Of a stretch of 64,000 nucleotides of DNA, positions 1 through 12,962 are shown piece after piece. The DNA lies in the NCBI RefSeq assembly GCF_002571385.2, contig NW_019218150.1, positions 49,151 through 113,150 on the forward strand. Reading direction: 5' to 3'. The position numbers were made by a program, and so were the translations under genes. Every line of letters starts with the position of its first letter. Position 1 is the first letter of the stretch. The DNA comes from Stylophora pistillata. Its lineage: Eukaryota. The notes under the pieces were generated by a model. That model had not been told where the DNA came from, made no database searches, and worked only from the letters and a program-made list of their open reading frames with translations.

Positions 1-237
1 AGGGGCAGGAGACGTTAATTTCCCACACACGAGATTACTGTGTGATGGATGTCCTCCCCTGGGGTGGGATGGGTGGGTAACAGGACCCCCGTTTATACAA
101 GTGTTTACTACACTGAAGGGGCTATCTTGTATAATTATAGATGTCTACTCTTCTCTACTACTCCGGCCGGGGCTCGAACCCTCGATCTCCCGCACAACAG
201 TCCAGCGCATTATCCATTGGGCTAACTGGACGGCGGT
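1..237. mobile_element. Fragments of the same tRNA-derived SINE (body on +, head on -)
   Basis: 1-80 resembles 54426-54500. The reverse complement of 160-237 resembles 54217-54298. Confidence 0.75.
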
Positions 238-346
238 TTATAGGTTTATAGGTTTCCGTCCGCTGTTTTATTTGCAGTTTTAACCGTGTCGTTTCGCCTC
301 GTTTGTTTGTCTCCTCGATCTATGCCGGCCGTACATTTTGAAAATG

Positions 347-3300
347 TTATCTCACGAGAGAACAATCGATTTGTGTTTTTCTGCCGGTCACTGACACTCT
401 TTCATCGGATGTTATGATTTCGTCTTTTGAATTCCATTTGTCTTGTTGTTCTTTACAAGAGGGCGCAATATCCATATTCTGAAAATGAAGCAGAAAAAAA
501 TGAGCTTCAGGACAACAGGCGATGAGAGTAAACAACCTTATCTACTAAAGGGTCTGTCTTTAAATTACACTTAAATCTTAAGACTATAACAGATTGAGAG
601 CGGGGGACTGAGGAAAGTGGAGTTGAGTGCAAAAAAGCTGGACCACAAGCTTCACGTGACAGTCACAAGTCTGAACAACAGACAGGTTCAAGGATACCTT
701 CGATAAAATCAAGCTTCGTTATATGCACCTACCTTTCTCGGAAAAAGCCATTCGAGAAGCCATAGTAAAAACAGATCAATAACTGCTAAAACGCAGAAAA
801 TTTTTCCTGCAACACGGCCGCAGTGGTATAATCTAAAAACGATAAAATGCTATTGAGACTAAAATAAATGAAAAGAACATCCAAAAGGAGAAGAAAAGTA
901 CCTGATGGCAAAGTCTTGAAAAAGTCTTGCCGGAATATAAATCAAGAAAGTTAAAAAACTTTTGCTTTCAAATGACAAGCTAGGTTGATAATTGCTTGAA
1001 ACTGCTGTGCGTGTTACCTTTTGAGTCGCTCTTCAAATGAAACATGAGGTGCGGCGCTAACCAAGTCATAGACCTAACACATTGAAAAACAAAAAGGCAA
1101 ATAAACTATCCATTAATAACTAATATCGATTGACAAACCCTCATCGAGAGTAGAGGCACTCGTGAAAATCGTTGTCGCTATAAAGGTTTCGTTTCTCCTC
1201 TCTATAAAGTGTTTCCATGTCATTGTGCATCACGCAGTTTACATACCGTTAAACCTGAGGGTGAATCTCAAGGCTTACTTCCCAAATATGGAAGAAGAAA
1301 CTATGGAAACCAGACTGACGGATGACGTAGCCTGACAGTAAAAACCACAATGCCTCTCACTCGTTATTGCTTTTTTTTAAGTTTTCCCGCGCAAAGCGCG
1401 TGGAAATTGGAGAGCTTTTAAATTTTACAGTTACTGAGGAAAATTAGTTAAAAGAAAGTGTAAACTTACTCTTTCTGTTCGTCTAGCTACATTCTGCCAT
1501 GTGTACATTGTCCTGATTCGTTCATGGGCTGTGTTTGGCGGCACAATTGTATTGTTTCTAGCAGCTTGTAGAGCGCTTTCCAGAGCTGCCACCAGAGCTG
1601 AAATACGGTATGTTACAATTATTAATCTAAGTGTAATTAGTATTAATTTGTTGGTCGTTTAACTTGAGACCATCCTGAAAAATACTATTTTTTCAACTTA
1701 AAGCTTCGCTGGTTAGATAATTTCTTGTACAGATGGTTCAACGGGTCTCTTCGAACACATTCAATATGTTTAACAGCATTCTGGAACAGAAACAAGTTCA
1801 GTTATAAGCATCAAATTTCTCCTTTGAATTTTCGCTTTCACGCTTCACGATTTTCTCTAACACAATGTTTCCAAAACAGGCACACCATCAATAGTTCGTG
1901 CATAGAGGCTTTCACACTGGTAAAGAATTTGAAAACATTGTTAAATCAAAAATTCCTTCGTCCAATTCAAGCTATTATTCACTGGAAGGAACGGCATAGT
2001 TTCGATTACCAGCCCCTGTTCGGGAACCGGAGAAAAGACTGGACCCGAGAGAGCAGCGGAATCGAGCTTCCATGACACTCCAGTACAGACCGAATGCAGT
2101 GAGGTCTGTACCAGCGACCGAGGTCAAGATTCTCCCGTACAGACCGACCTAGCTTGGTTAATAAGATGTTTATTATATGACTGTGTCTTATATGCCAATT
2201 TTTTATATTCTTTACATACTTTTTTTTTCCAGACTGGTCTAGATGGGAAAATCTAGACCGCTTTCAATATTGATTTCAGCCAATCAAATTCATGAATTCA
2301 GTAGTTCCCAGTCCTTGTGAGACACAGCCATATAATAATCATCGATACTAATTTATCACTACCGGGACTGAACTGTAATTACAAATCTCACTTCTGCTTT
2401 TACTAGTATATCTACAAATTACATCCTAACATAATCACATTCATGTCAACTGTAATTGTTCAGACCACTTTCAGACAAATTTGCCATGGCTTCTCAGGTT
2501 AAATCTTTTTTACCATGGTAATGTTTTAGAGGTATATCTATTCATGATTATTTTCGTAAAATTGCTGTCCTTGTTCAATAAAAAACAGTTTTAAGTCTTC
2601 TTCTGTATAGCCCTCTATTGAGGCAAAAAAGATCTATGAGACAGGTCTTAATGAGTAATGAAGTTGGGAGCCGTAACGTTTATAATAAATACTTTATCTT
2701 TTTTTGAATAAATTATTTCTTCACATGATTAACATGTACTGTACACTTGCTGTGGTGAGGCAAAAAGCTCCAAGTGACTTGAGATGCAAAATCAGATTCT
2801 CCTTGTGTTTTTTTGAGGGAATACAAGACAGTTTCCAGTGAGAAAGAAGCAGTCCATCATAGGTCACTCAGGGTTTTTTCCATGCACTCCTTTACTCTTA
2901 GGGACATTAAACTTACATTTGACGCTTGGTTCAGCAAGTTTTATCATGTCATCAGGTAGTACCTCAGGGACCCCTCCCACTCTGGTACTGACAACCTGGA
3001 GCCTGGAGTAAAAATTCATTGTAATCTCTTGTCAGACCACAGGTAACCCAGGCTCACTGTTTGTGTCACATACACATGGTTAAATAGAGAGAACACTGGG
3101 GCAAAGTTTAGGTCTGAAAATTTGCTTGAAAATGGAAATAAAAATCAATGAAACTTACCAGGTGGTGATTTGTTGTTGTCCTTAATATGAAGGAAAGGTG
3201 AAGAAGAGTATTTTTCCCGAAACTTTGTGTACATAGTAAGGACAAGAACAAATTGCCACCTGGTAAGTTTCATTGATTTTTATTTTCATTTTCAAGCAAA

Positions 3301-6300
3301 TTTCCAGACCTTAACTTTGCCCCATATGTTCTCTCTATTTAACCATGAGTACATGACACAAACAGTGAGCCTGGGTTACCTGTTATCAGTAAGAAAAATG
3401 CTGTTGTTTAAAACTCACCCACAACTAGCTGCTTCAACAATGGCAATGCAAAATGCTTCTGTTAATGATGTGTTAAGAAATATATCACCTTGAGTAAGCA
3501 CCTAGTAGGGAATTGGAAATAATTTGAAACACTCATGAACTTGGTCTGTACTAAAAGCTTGAATTTCATCTACAATTTGATGGAAAATTCTTAACATTTA
3601 ACAAATGGTAAACACCACAGCGTACACTATTGAGTTATGGATGCACGCGGGAGGTTGCTAAGCATGAAAGAAGCGTAAGAGTCGCTCGAGGCGACAGCCG
3701 AGAGCGACTCTAGCTTCTTGAGTGCTTAGCAAACCTCCCAAGTGCATCCATAACTCAATAGTGTACGGTGTGGTGTTTACCATTTGTTTTATAACATAAC
3801 ATTGATACATTGTAGCTAAAGAGTTCCCATTTATTTAACAAATCTTACGCGACCAGAAAAAACAAGCGCGCGCAGAAAAATAGTCTTTGCATTTGCTCAC
3901 GTCAGCAGCGTACACCCATGGGCAAATGGGGAACGCTAAATTGACCAATCAGAGCGCGCGCTTTACTTTGGTTATGTTATAATCCATGGTAGAAAGTGAA
4001 GTTATAAACTTACATCCCTAACTTTCTCATGTTTTAATTTTCCTAAAAACTGTACTCTTTCTTGGAGTTTACACTGTTCACAAACATCCTCCAGGAGAGC
4101 TTTCTTTGGGCCTTCACCACCTACACAACAATATGAACAAAATATAAGTATACTTGATTACATCAATCCAAACATTTTCTTCATTCAAGTTTTCACGTCC
4201 TTTAGTTGATTTCCATCAATCTCTCATTGAAAAGACTTCAATTTTTAAGAGCTGTGCAGAAGGTGCTCAAGAACTTGTCACAAAGACAACTATGTAATAA
4301 TATGTTGTTGCATAATCATGACACAACAATTTGACAAAGATCAACTTGAGCTGGTAAAAAGCCTTAAAATATCTTCTTCAGTGTGGACTTACCAATAATA
4401 AACTGGACATCTGAATGATTGGCACACATGATGGGGAGTATTCCAGCCAACAAATCCATACCTTTTCGATACACCAACCGACTGACTACCACAATAGTGA
4501 CTGAACAAAAAAAGGTATAATTATATTACAGTCAAACCTGTATTCAGCTGCACCATATTGCAGTAACCCTGTATTAAGCTGTAGGTTGGCTAAGCCCTGA
4601 ATTTGTTTCCCCTTAAAATTTTGTACATGGAGTGATCATTTATGGCATAAATTATGTTCTCTGTTGTTTTTTCAGTATTACCCCTATGCTGTGGAAGCTG
4701 TATTAAGCAGTTAACCTATACTAAGCAATCACCTGCAATTACCAAGGGTGACTGCTTCAAACAGGTTTGACTTTCTATTAAATTATCTTTATAAAAAAAT
4801 AATTTACTTCAATTAATGATAAAACATTTATTTCAACAGCTCACTTTTCCCAGGGATCTTCTTTGAAACATCAGGTGCAAATACATTGGCATCTACAGCA
4901 TTAGGAATCACTGATACCATCTCAGGTTTCATTGATGCACGCAACACAGTGTTCTCCTTACTAGGGAGGTAAACAACTTCAAGGTTAACAAAGAGCAGCT
5001 AATGTGGGCTTAAATGAACACAATATATACCCCAGACAGGAAAAATAACTGGCCTGGCAGAACAAACGTATGAGAATCTCTTGTGAGATCAACTCTGCTT
5101 CATCATAAGAAATATTTGATGCAATTAAGAGCATTAATTATCTGAAGTAGCCCACCTACGTTTCATTCAATTTTTTCATCACCTCCTAAGTGGTGACCTC
5201 TTGGTAAAAAACAATTTAAATTGCTTTGATTTTACACAAATGATTTGAAGTCAAAGAACATTTATCATGAAATAAATGAGATGCAATTATAAAAAATTAA
5301 GGTTACTACAAACCTTGTATGTGATACACATATCACATGATAAATGTCTGCTAGGGAAAACTGTAAAAACTTATTAGTAATGATAGAGCTAGCATCCGCA
5401 AAACCAAACAGAGAATGGTCAGTGAACAATGTGCGAAGTCCCATAGTGCGGGCATGAAGAAGAGCATCATGACAAAGAGTAGAAAAAGCCTGGGAAAGAA
5501 AAGAGACAGAAAATACATTGACACTGACCTTTGGTACAATTACAGAAAGGCAGATGGTACAGAAAAAGACTGGAGAATTAACAAATGGTAAACATCACAG
5601 CATACACTATTGAGTTATGGATGCACACGGGAGGTTGCTAAGCACGAAAGAAGCATAAGAGTCGCTTGAGGCGATAGCCGAGAGCGACTCTAGCTTCTTG
5701 AGAGCTTAGCAAACCTCCCAAGTCCATCCATAATTCAATAGCGTACGCTGTGGTGTTTACCATTTGTTTTTTAACATAACATTAATACATTGTAGCTAAA
5801 GAGTTCCCTTTTATTTAACAAATGTTACATGACCAGAAAAAACAAGCGCGCGAGGAAAAATAGTCTATGCCTTTGCTCATGTCAGTAGCGTACACCCATG
5901 GGCAAATGGGGGATGCTAAATTGACCAATCAGAACACGTGCCTTACTTTGGTTATGTTATAAAATGAGATAGAGAGATTGAAAATGAGAGAAAATATCTG
6001 AATTTTTTGCCCTGATGTCTCCTGTCTCTTTTGGCCGCATAATTTTTATTTTCCTTTTGTATCAAATCTTGCCAATAGCCAATACTTGAAGGATAACTAT
6101 TATGATAAGAATACTAATAAAATATCAATAATGTTAATAAAACCAATGACTTACAGAATGTCCATGAACTATAGTTATCTTCTCCCGCAGAAACACACAT
6201 CTCATTAATGGAATTGTTGTGTACAAAGTTGGCAATGAAGACTGATTGTGAAATGGACCAAAAGGTAAATAATAAACCTTTAAGAAGACAGAACATGAAA

Positions 6301-7137
6301 GTAAACAATGTGTTCATCATTTAGTTAACGAAAGTGCAATGTTTTGATCCCAATGTTGCCACTTGATGTTTAAGTGGATTGGCTTGCATGTTGCTTGGAA
6401 TTTTTTACACTCCATTTGGCTTGGTGTGGTATTACGACGAAAAACAACAACTTCACCAAATCAAGATTTAGAAAAATCATTTTACAAAAATGTCAAAGGA
6501 GCTGTTGCATACCTTGAGATAGTTTGTCAGATAACGGATTCCACTTCGGTCGCCATAGGCATGTGTTACAACTACGACCTGAAGTGAAAATTTATACTTT
6601 TCACACTCGTATGTCAGTGTAAACCGCCTGTGGCTGACGTCCGATTTTATCACAGATTTTATCGAAACACGAAAATCTTCCTTGAACTTATTTTTATGGA
6701 AGGAATCAAGTTAAATGCTAGCAGGCAAGGTAAGAGAAAATTTCGATGGCCAGGGAATCCCCTAACCATGATTGTATTGCGATAACGATTGAAACGAAAT
6801 GGAAATTTGAATGAGAATAAATTCAGTCTTAAAATTTAGTCTTTTAAGAACGGTTTCTAATGGTTGTTTTTATCTCTCTTCTGATGGAATTTTGCAGATA
6901 ACAAAACACGATGAATTTCAGCTTACCTTGTGTCCTCGTTGAATGAGACACTGAGCCAGCTGATAAATGTGACTCTCTACTCCGCCCATGTTTGGGTAAA
7001 AGAAATCGGATACCATGCTAAGAAAGACCATGATAAATTTCGGCTGGATTTTAGTAAAATTTGTTCAAAAGAGTGATAAATAAGAAAAGATTGGCTCACC
7101 ATATGTTGTGTTTTTCTCGATCAGATTGGGCCGCCAT
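347..7137 (-). CDS. PIGA: Phosphatidylinositol N-acetylglucosaminyltransferase subunit A (GPI-anchor biosynthesis), 14 exons, 469 aa
   Basis: Exons (minus strand): 7137-7100, 7017-6927, 6578-6513, 6277-6155, 5489-5314, 4960-4845, 4500-4393, 4120-4014, 3501-3419, 3002-2917, 1597-1470, 1073-1018, 832-733, 478-347. All introns are GT-AG with consistent phases (1410 nt). The translation has PIGA motifs [89 protein letters not shown] and a C-terminal hydrophobic helix. Confidence 0.97.
2085..2338 (+). repeat. Dispersed repeat; inverted copy at ~22015-22270, partial copy at ~47975-48030
   Basis: Shared GGTCAAGATTCTCCC.TACAGACC and TTCAGCCAATCAAATTC...CAGTCCTTGTGAGAC blocks. Confidence 0.8.
3039..3382. 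mobile_element. Foldback/MITE with ~150-bp imperfect inverted arms in a PIGA intron
   Basis: CAGGTAACCCAGGCTCACTGTTTGTGTCA... pairs with ...TGACACAAACAGTGAGCCTGGGTTACCTG. Confidence 0.85.
3598..3982. mobile_element. Double-hairpin non-autonomous element, copy 1
   Basis: ~190-bp palindrome (ACAAATGGTAAACACCAC...GTGGTGTTTACCATTTGT), then a segment bounded by TATAACATAAC/GTTATGTTATA. Near-identical to 5578-5962. Confidence 0.85.
4529..4772. mobile_element. Tc1/mariner-type MITE remnant
   Basis: TA-CAGTCAAACCTGT at the left end and ACAGGTTTGACT at the right end. Confidence 0.6.
5578..5962. mobile_element. Double-hairpin non-autonomous element, copy 2
   Basis: Direct-orientation copy of 3598-3982. 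Confidence 0.85.
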
Positions 7138-7501
7138 GTTGGTTTCTTCTTTAAGTGAACCGCTGGCTGGTTACTCGAAAGGCTCATTTTCTCATTTCTC
7201 CTCTATTGAGCAGGCTCGCCTTGTTAGTGACACAATTTTGGGGTCATCCTCGGTGTAAAAACCTGACGAGGTTTTCTTTGTTTCACGAGGTATTGTTTTG
7301 CTCTACGCTATTGTTTATCATGTTTTGTTTTCTTTGTTTTACGTCACTCGTGAGCTTCACAGGTTTTTACACCGACGATTAGCACAATTTTGCGAGCACG
7401 GATAGAGGTAGAAGCAAGTTCTCCGTAAGATTTTGTGAAAGCATCTTCCATAGCAGTTCAGGGCCATGAAAGAGTTTAAGAGGTAAGCTCACGTTAATTT
7501 A

Positions 7502-7994
7502 ATTGCATAACTTGCACTTATTGCAAAAAGATATACATCGGCGAAACAGGTAGAAGACTAGGTGGTCCGATTCCGAGAACACTTTCGGGACGTAAAAAGG
7601 AATGACAAGGACACATCGAAACCAGTCGCTAGGCATTTTAATTTACCTAATCATTCTAAGCAACATATGGCAATCTGCAGTCTTTCCTTACACTTAGGTA
7701 AATTAAAATGGTAACACGGTAAGCCGTAAAAATCTTGAACAAAAGCTCATCTTTCAAACCGGCAGTCTAAATCCCACAGGGATCAACGAACGCTTTTCAT
7801 TCCACTAATTTATTCTTGTTTTTCTCGTTGCCATGTTCCCACCAATAACGTAGCTCCATTTTCTGCCTTTAAAGCACACACAACCCACAATTCCTCTATT
7901 CGCTCCGACGAAGGGCTAACGCTCGAAACGTCAGCTTTTGTAATCGTTACGGTGGCCAATTTACCATTTCAACTTTGTTGATATATCCAAATTA
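7502..7994 (+). mobile_element. Degenerate Penelope-like retroelement 3' fragment with hammerhead-like motif
   Basis: Frameshifted GIY-YIG end (YIGETGRRL...KPVARHFNLPNHS...GINERFSFH*). Motif GCT-CCGACGA-A-GGGC-TAAC-GCTC-GAAA-CGTC-AGC at 7902-7935. 13-bp target-site duplication TCACGTTAATTTA at 7489-7501 and 7995-8007. Confidence 0.88.
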
Positions 7995-8948
7995 TCACGT
8001 TAATTTAGGCTGCACCAAAACACAATTTCACACTCATCGTCTCCCATTCATACCTCGCGTTACCGTAAGACCGCGGGAGAGTGGAGACGCGTCAGTTGTG
8101 GGCGAGAATTTGTAATTCAACTTTTAATGACGACAATGATGATAATGACGATGATGATTTATAAATTCGTACAGAACTAATTGTAAAAACCCAGTGTAAA
8201 TGTACCTGTTTGGTTCCATTCAATTAAAGGACTAAAATAAGTAGATGGCAATATGTAACAAAGAGGAGTGGACTTGGAACTTTGGACAAATGGAGCGAAT
8301 TACTCAGGTACGTGCGAATAAGCGATCATATTATCCACTAAAGGGTAAAATTTTTCAAGTTCGTTAAAACAGGCCATTTGATGCCTAAGAAAATCCAGGA
8401 ACCATTGATTGATATATCTGATTTATTTAAGAAAAAGTCAAGGTAGTCAATAACCCAATGGCATGCCTGTGTCGGCATTCATTTTGGTCATCGTCAGTTA
8501 ACGCTGTTTGCATGACTTTGATCTGACACCCACCAGAACTTAATCATATTACACTCCACTTGGGCTCATCAATAGTAGTTATGCAAGTTGAGGACGATTT
8601 ACCATCACCAATTAAACCGTAAATGAACAATCATCAAAAAGGAGAGACACTTTCTTTATTCCACCCATAGGTTTTAGGGTTAGAAGTCCAAATCTCTCCT
8701 CTGTCGGGAGTCAAAGAAACTTTATTCCCAATCCACTAAGATATACAAAAGTGTTTCTGAGTCTTGTCTGTTACTCTCGCATCTCTTTCCTTCTCCTATA
8801 AAGCGCTCATCCTTCGAGAACCAGCGTTTTAAGAAAGACGACAGTCTCATCTTAGATCTCATATCTTACTATTTGCTCTCATTTGGTTTCCTCTTGAGAG
8901 TCACGGCAGCTTTGTACATCGGTTTGGAGGAAGTTTTTTTTTTTATTT

Positions 8949-11900
8949 CTACTCCTCCTCCTCTTCCTCCTCTTCCTCCTCAGGGGACTCATAAACATCT
9001 TCGTCAAATGAGCGGAGAACGCACGAAGCAACAACCAGTTCGTCTTCTTCCTAAAATAAAGCAAACCAAATGTTCCATTTAGTGGCCACGGATTCTCGGT
9101 AAACGCTGATAATTGGCTGAATAGCTCACATATTGACTGATTACTTGACAGACTGACTGGCCGACAAGCTGATTGACTGTGTGGGTGGGTGTGGCTGACT
9201 GACCGGCTCAGTGGTTGGCCAGCTGACTGGGAGGATAACTGACTTATTTTATGACTGGCTGGCTGGTTTACTGGCTGACTATTTATTTACTGTCGCATCG
9301 TCAAATGACTCACTGACTGATAACTAATAGACCTCCTGACTGACCATAACAACGTTTTTTTTTTTTTTAATTATAATTATTCGAATAGAGAACATTTTAG
9401 CGTCGTCTCCTTTCCACAATCGTAGGAGTAAACGAGGTTAATGATTAAGGGGTTTTTTTTTCTCACTCACCGCCTCTTTCAGTTGGTCATTTAGGACTTT
9501 AAATTTTGAAGCTGGTATTTCGGAGGATTTTCTCTTCTGGGTAAGGATGGGCTAAGAAAGACAAAGTATCAATATCAATACGACACATACTTTTTTATAT
9601 TGGCGATCGGGAGATTACCTTGTTAAGCAAAGGAGAGATTAAGCACCACGTATTTTTTTCCCCGCGAGCGGCAGAGGGTCGCGTGACCTGACATTTGCCG
9701 TTTACCGGCCGCCGTTTCTACTCGAGGAGGACATTTTTGCCGTTTGTAGGGAACGCGGAAATGTGAGTATTTGCAGCCCATTTTTACCGACTATTTCCAC
9801 ATTTTGATCGCTTGCTTTTATAGCTAAGCTTTTTTTTATCATCTTACTTCTATATGAACTGCTTGTAAAGCTAATAGAGTTCAAATTCAAGCGGAAAATA
9901 CATTACTTCTTTGTATCTATTATTTCTAGTCGTAGTGAATGGCGACCGAGAACATTTGTTCTGCCGTGTCTTCGGGAAGCTTAAACACGAAGGCGCGCTA
10001 TATAAGAAAGTTTTCCCTGCGAAGACCTAGGCTCATTTGTCACTCACCGTTGACGTGTGCTGGTCAAATTTAAATGCTGGTAGACGAACAAAAGGAGCTA
10101 ATGAGATATCTATTGTTTTACTTCCACCAGCATGGTGGCATGATGTAACGTGCGAACCACCTCGAACTTCGCGGACGGAACGACAAACAACTAGCCGACG
10201 TTCAGCGTTCGCCGTTTTCGCGGTGCTTAATCTAACTAATGAGACCCAATAACGCGAAAAAGCATCGTTCTAAATAGTTGGGATTAACTTCTTGAGCTTC
10301 TTCGTTTTTTATCAGAATTTCTACAACTATACCTGTTGAAAAACAATATTAGAGTCTTACCGAGAGCCAAGGATCATCCAGGCAGGATGAAGCTGAAGGT
10401 CGTCTCCTAAAATGAGACAAAACTCTGATAGAACATGTGTTCTCGAGTCATCCAGTAATTTCGCATCCGATCTACCATTGAACTGACGACTGGTTTAAAC
10501 TAAGTATGTGATACTTACTCAGGCTGTCTAATAAGAAGTTTCTTGATCAAATTTTCGGCTTCTTGTGTAGCGTTGCGAAACAAGCCGACAGGCATTTCAT
10601 ATGCGACTGATTTGACTTTCGCAGCAACTTTGTCATCAGCATTTTCGTCGTCACTGTCCTCTATGGTGAACGGCAGGGTAGCACTCAACCTGTTAGGTAA
10701 ATCATTAAATCAATTAATTAACTTCTAAATCGATCAATTAGTCAGTCAATCAACCAATTGATTGGTCAGTCTATAAGACAATCCATGATATTTATTCCCA
10801 CACCACTAACACCAGTGAGAAAGCTCCACTAACACACGACAACCAAGGCTTGTATAAAGTTTTCGATCAAATTTTTCGGAAAATGAAAGACAACTTTTTT
10901 CAAACCAACTCAGTGCTGGATCAATACAATATCTGGGAAGACTAAAACATAAGGCTGTCATACTTGTGATTTCAAATCAAACTCGCGATGCACCCTCGTT
11001 TGATTATGAAATCGCACGTATAATTTCAGACCAAATTATACTCCACTCAGTTAAATTTCCTTTATAAATCGGTCAGTCAGTAAATCAAAACAGCATCGCC
11101 GTCTGTGAATTCTGGTTGTTTTTTTATATTTTAAGCTGACTCACAATATGTACAGGAGTACTCCCACACTCCACATGTCAGCTCCCCAATGGGTCATCTC
11201 AAAGTTAAGTACCTCTGGAGCTGAAGTCAAAATATCAGGCACCAATAAGGCAACTAAATTAATGTTGAAGAGTTTCTTGTATTCTCAGTTTTTTTTTCCT
11301 GGGCAAGCTTGAGGGTTTTGAGCTTTAAGAGTAGCAGAGAAAGAAGAAAAATTTCTATCCTTGAAGAAAAAGCGCTGTTTAGAAATCGTCAGCGGTTTGC
11401 GCTAGAAAAGAAGAAAAAGTTTGATGATGACTCTGTGGTATAAAGTTTCTATTTCACTCAAGGTTGAACCTTGCGTTTCTGGAAATCGAAAGTTTACTAT
11501 TAATTATTCCCACGATTTATTCTCTAGTTTTAAGGTATCTAACAATATTAGAAAATTATTTCTTACCTGTGAACTCAGTGACTCCAACTGCGTCAACGAA
11601 TTGACCGTTGGGAGACTGGATCTGCCTGGCGTTCCCGTAATCGATCAGAGTCAGTTTAAAGTCTCTTGACATAAAAAGGTTTGCCGGCTGTTTGATTTGA
11701 AATAAAAAAAATAAAGAAAATGCTTCAGTAGAATTAACAGAATCAGATGGACGCGTTTAATAAGTTAGTGAGCCAAAAGAGTTTCTCCTTTTCTCCGTTG
11801 TCTGAGGTCGTTACCGAAATTGTATTTCAGTCTACTTTCTCACCCTGATATCCAGATGAACGATGTTTTGCTTGTGCAGATAAGTAAGAGCCTCAACAAG

Positions 11901-12962
11901 CTGAGCAATGACAAGTGATGCATCCTCTTCACTTGCCGTAGTTTTTTCTGCCAGGAATTCGAGTACCTCTTTTCCTTCGATCCTATGAACAAAAAAAAGA
12001 ACGCATTCATCTCGCGCGCATTGACAAAGTCATAAGATATGGGAGTAGTCAAGAAATCAACAGGGGCACCTGACTGGCCCCATTCCCCCAGCATGACATA
12101 GACATAATTTATAACAGTTAAACATCTTGGTACGTCCCTAAGACGCTGAGGTAAGAGATCTCCCTTGATAAATTCTTAGTCAGTGCGTTCGTCCATCAAG
12201 TTAATCTGTGACAATCCCCTGGCGGCGATGGAAGGCTTTCGTAACAAGCGGTTATTCAATAGTGGCCCACGGGATTCATACTTCAAATCAAACTGGGACA
12301 GCTAGTGGTGTTATGCTCATTATATGGTTGGTAAATGGCACCCACCTATCCATTACGATAACTACATATTTTTGGACGATGAATCCATCTCGAACCGTCA
12401 GCAGCTTGTCATGTTTGAGAGTCGCCATTATCTCGAATTCTTGTTTTGTGTTCTTCTCGGTGTCAGCATCGTACTTGATCAGCTTGGCAACTAATTGTTT
12501 CCTCGTTTTATTATCTGAGCAATTTTTGACAACGGCGTATTTACCTCTATCAATGGATAGAAGAAAAAGTTAACTTATCCCGCACACTAGCATGACAAAG
12601 TTACTCACTTCAAAGTGTGAAAAACCAAGCCATCTTTAATCTCCAGGGCTACGCAAATCCTTCTAATACCCATGTTGTGCATTTGACATTTGGTCAATAA
12701 TGAAATGTTGAAGAGAACGCAGTGCGCGAATTACCTGCGCTGTATCATGGGGTAAGCTAAATTTTCCCCTACCAACAGACCCCCCATATAAGATCGGGTT
12801 AAAACTATTTTTGCTCCAAGCTGCTTTGATAGAAATAAGGAGTTAATACCTTGCATAATTTTCAACATCAACTTTAAGTAACCGAATACGTATGGTAATG
12901 GAGTGGGGCAGTTTGTTTAAGTGGGACGTCCGGAGGTACAATGCATGATATATTGCGAGTTC
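8949..12962 (-). CDS. Cassette C: paralogous obscurin kinase-2-type kinase (alternative 3' end, separate gene, or recently disabled copy)
   Basis: Exons: 12962-12850 (frame uncertain), 12546-12346, 11982-11844, 11687-11567, 11220-11145, 10689-10519, 10406-10361, 9551-9471, 9050-8949. Motifs: YARGKYAVV, VAK, HLDIRPAN, IDYG, APE, DMWSVG, RRPSASSCLDDPWL; ends SPEEEEEEEEE*. Confidence 0.87.
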
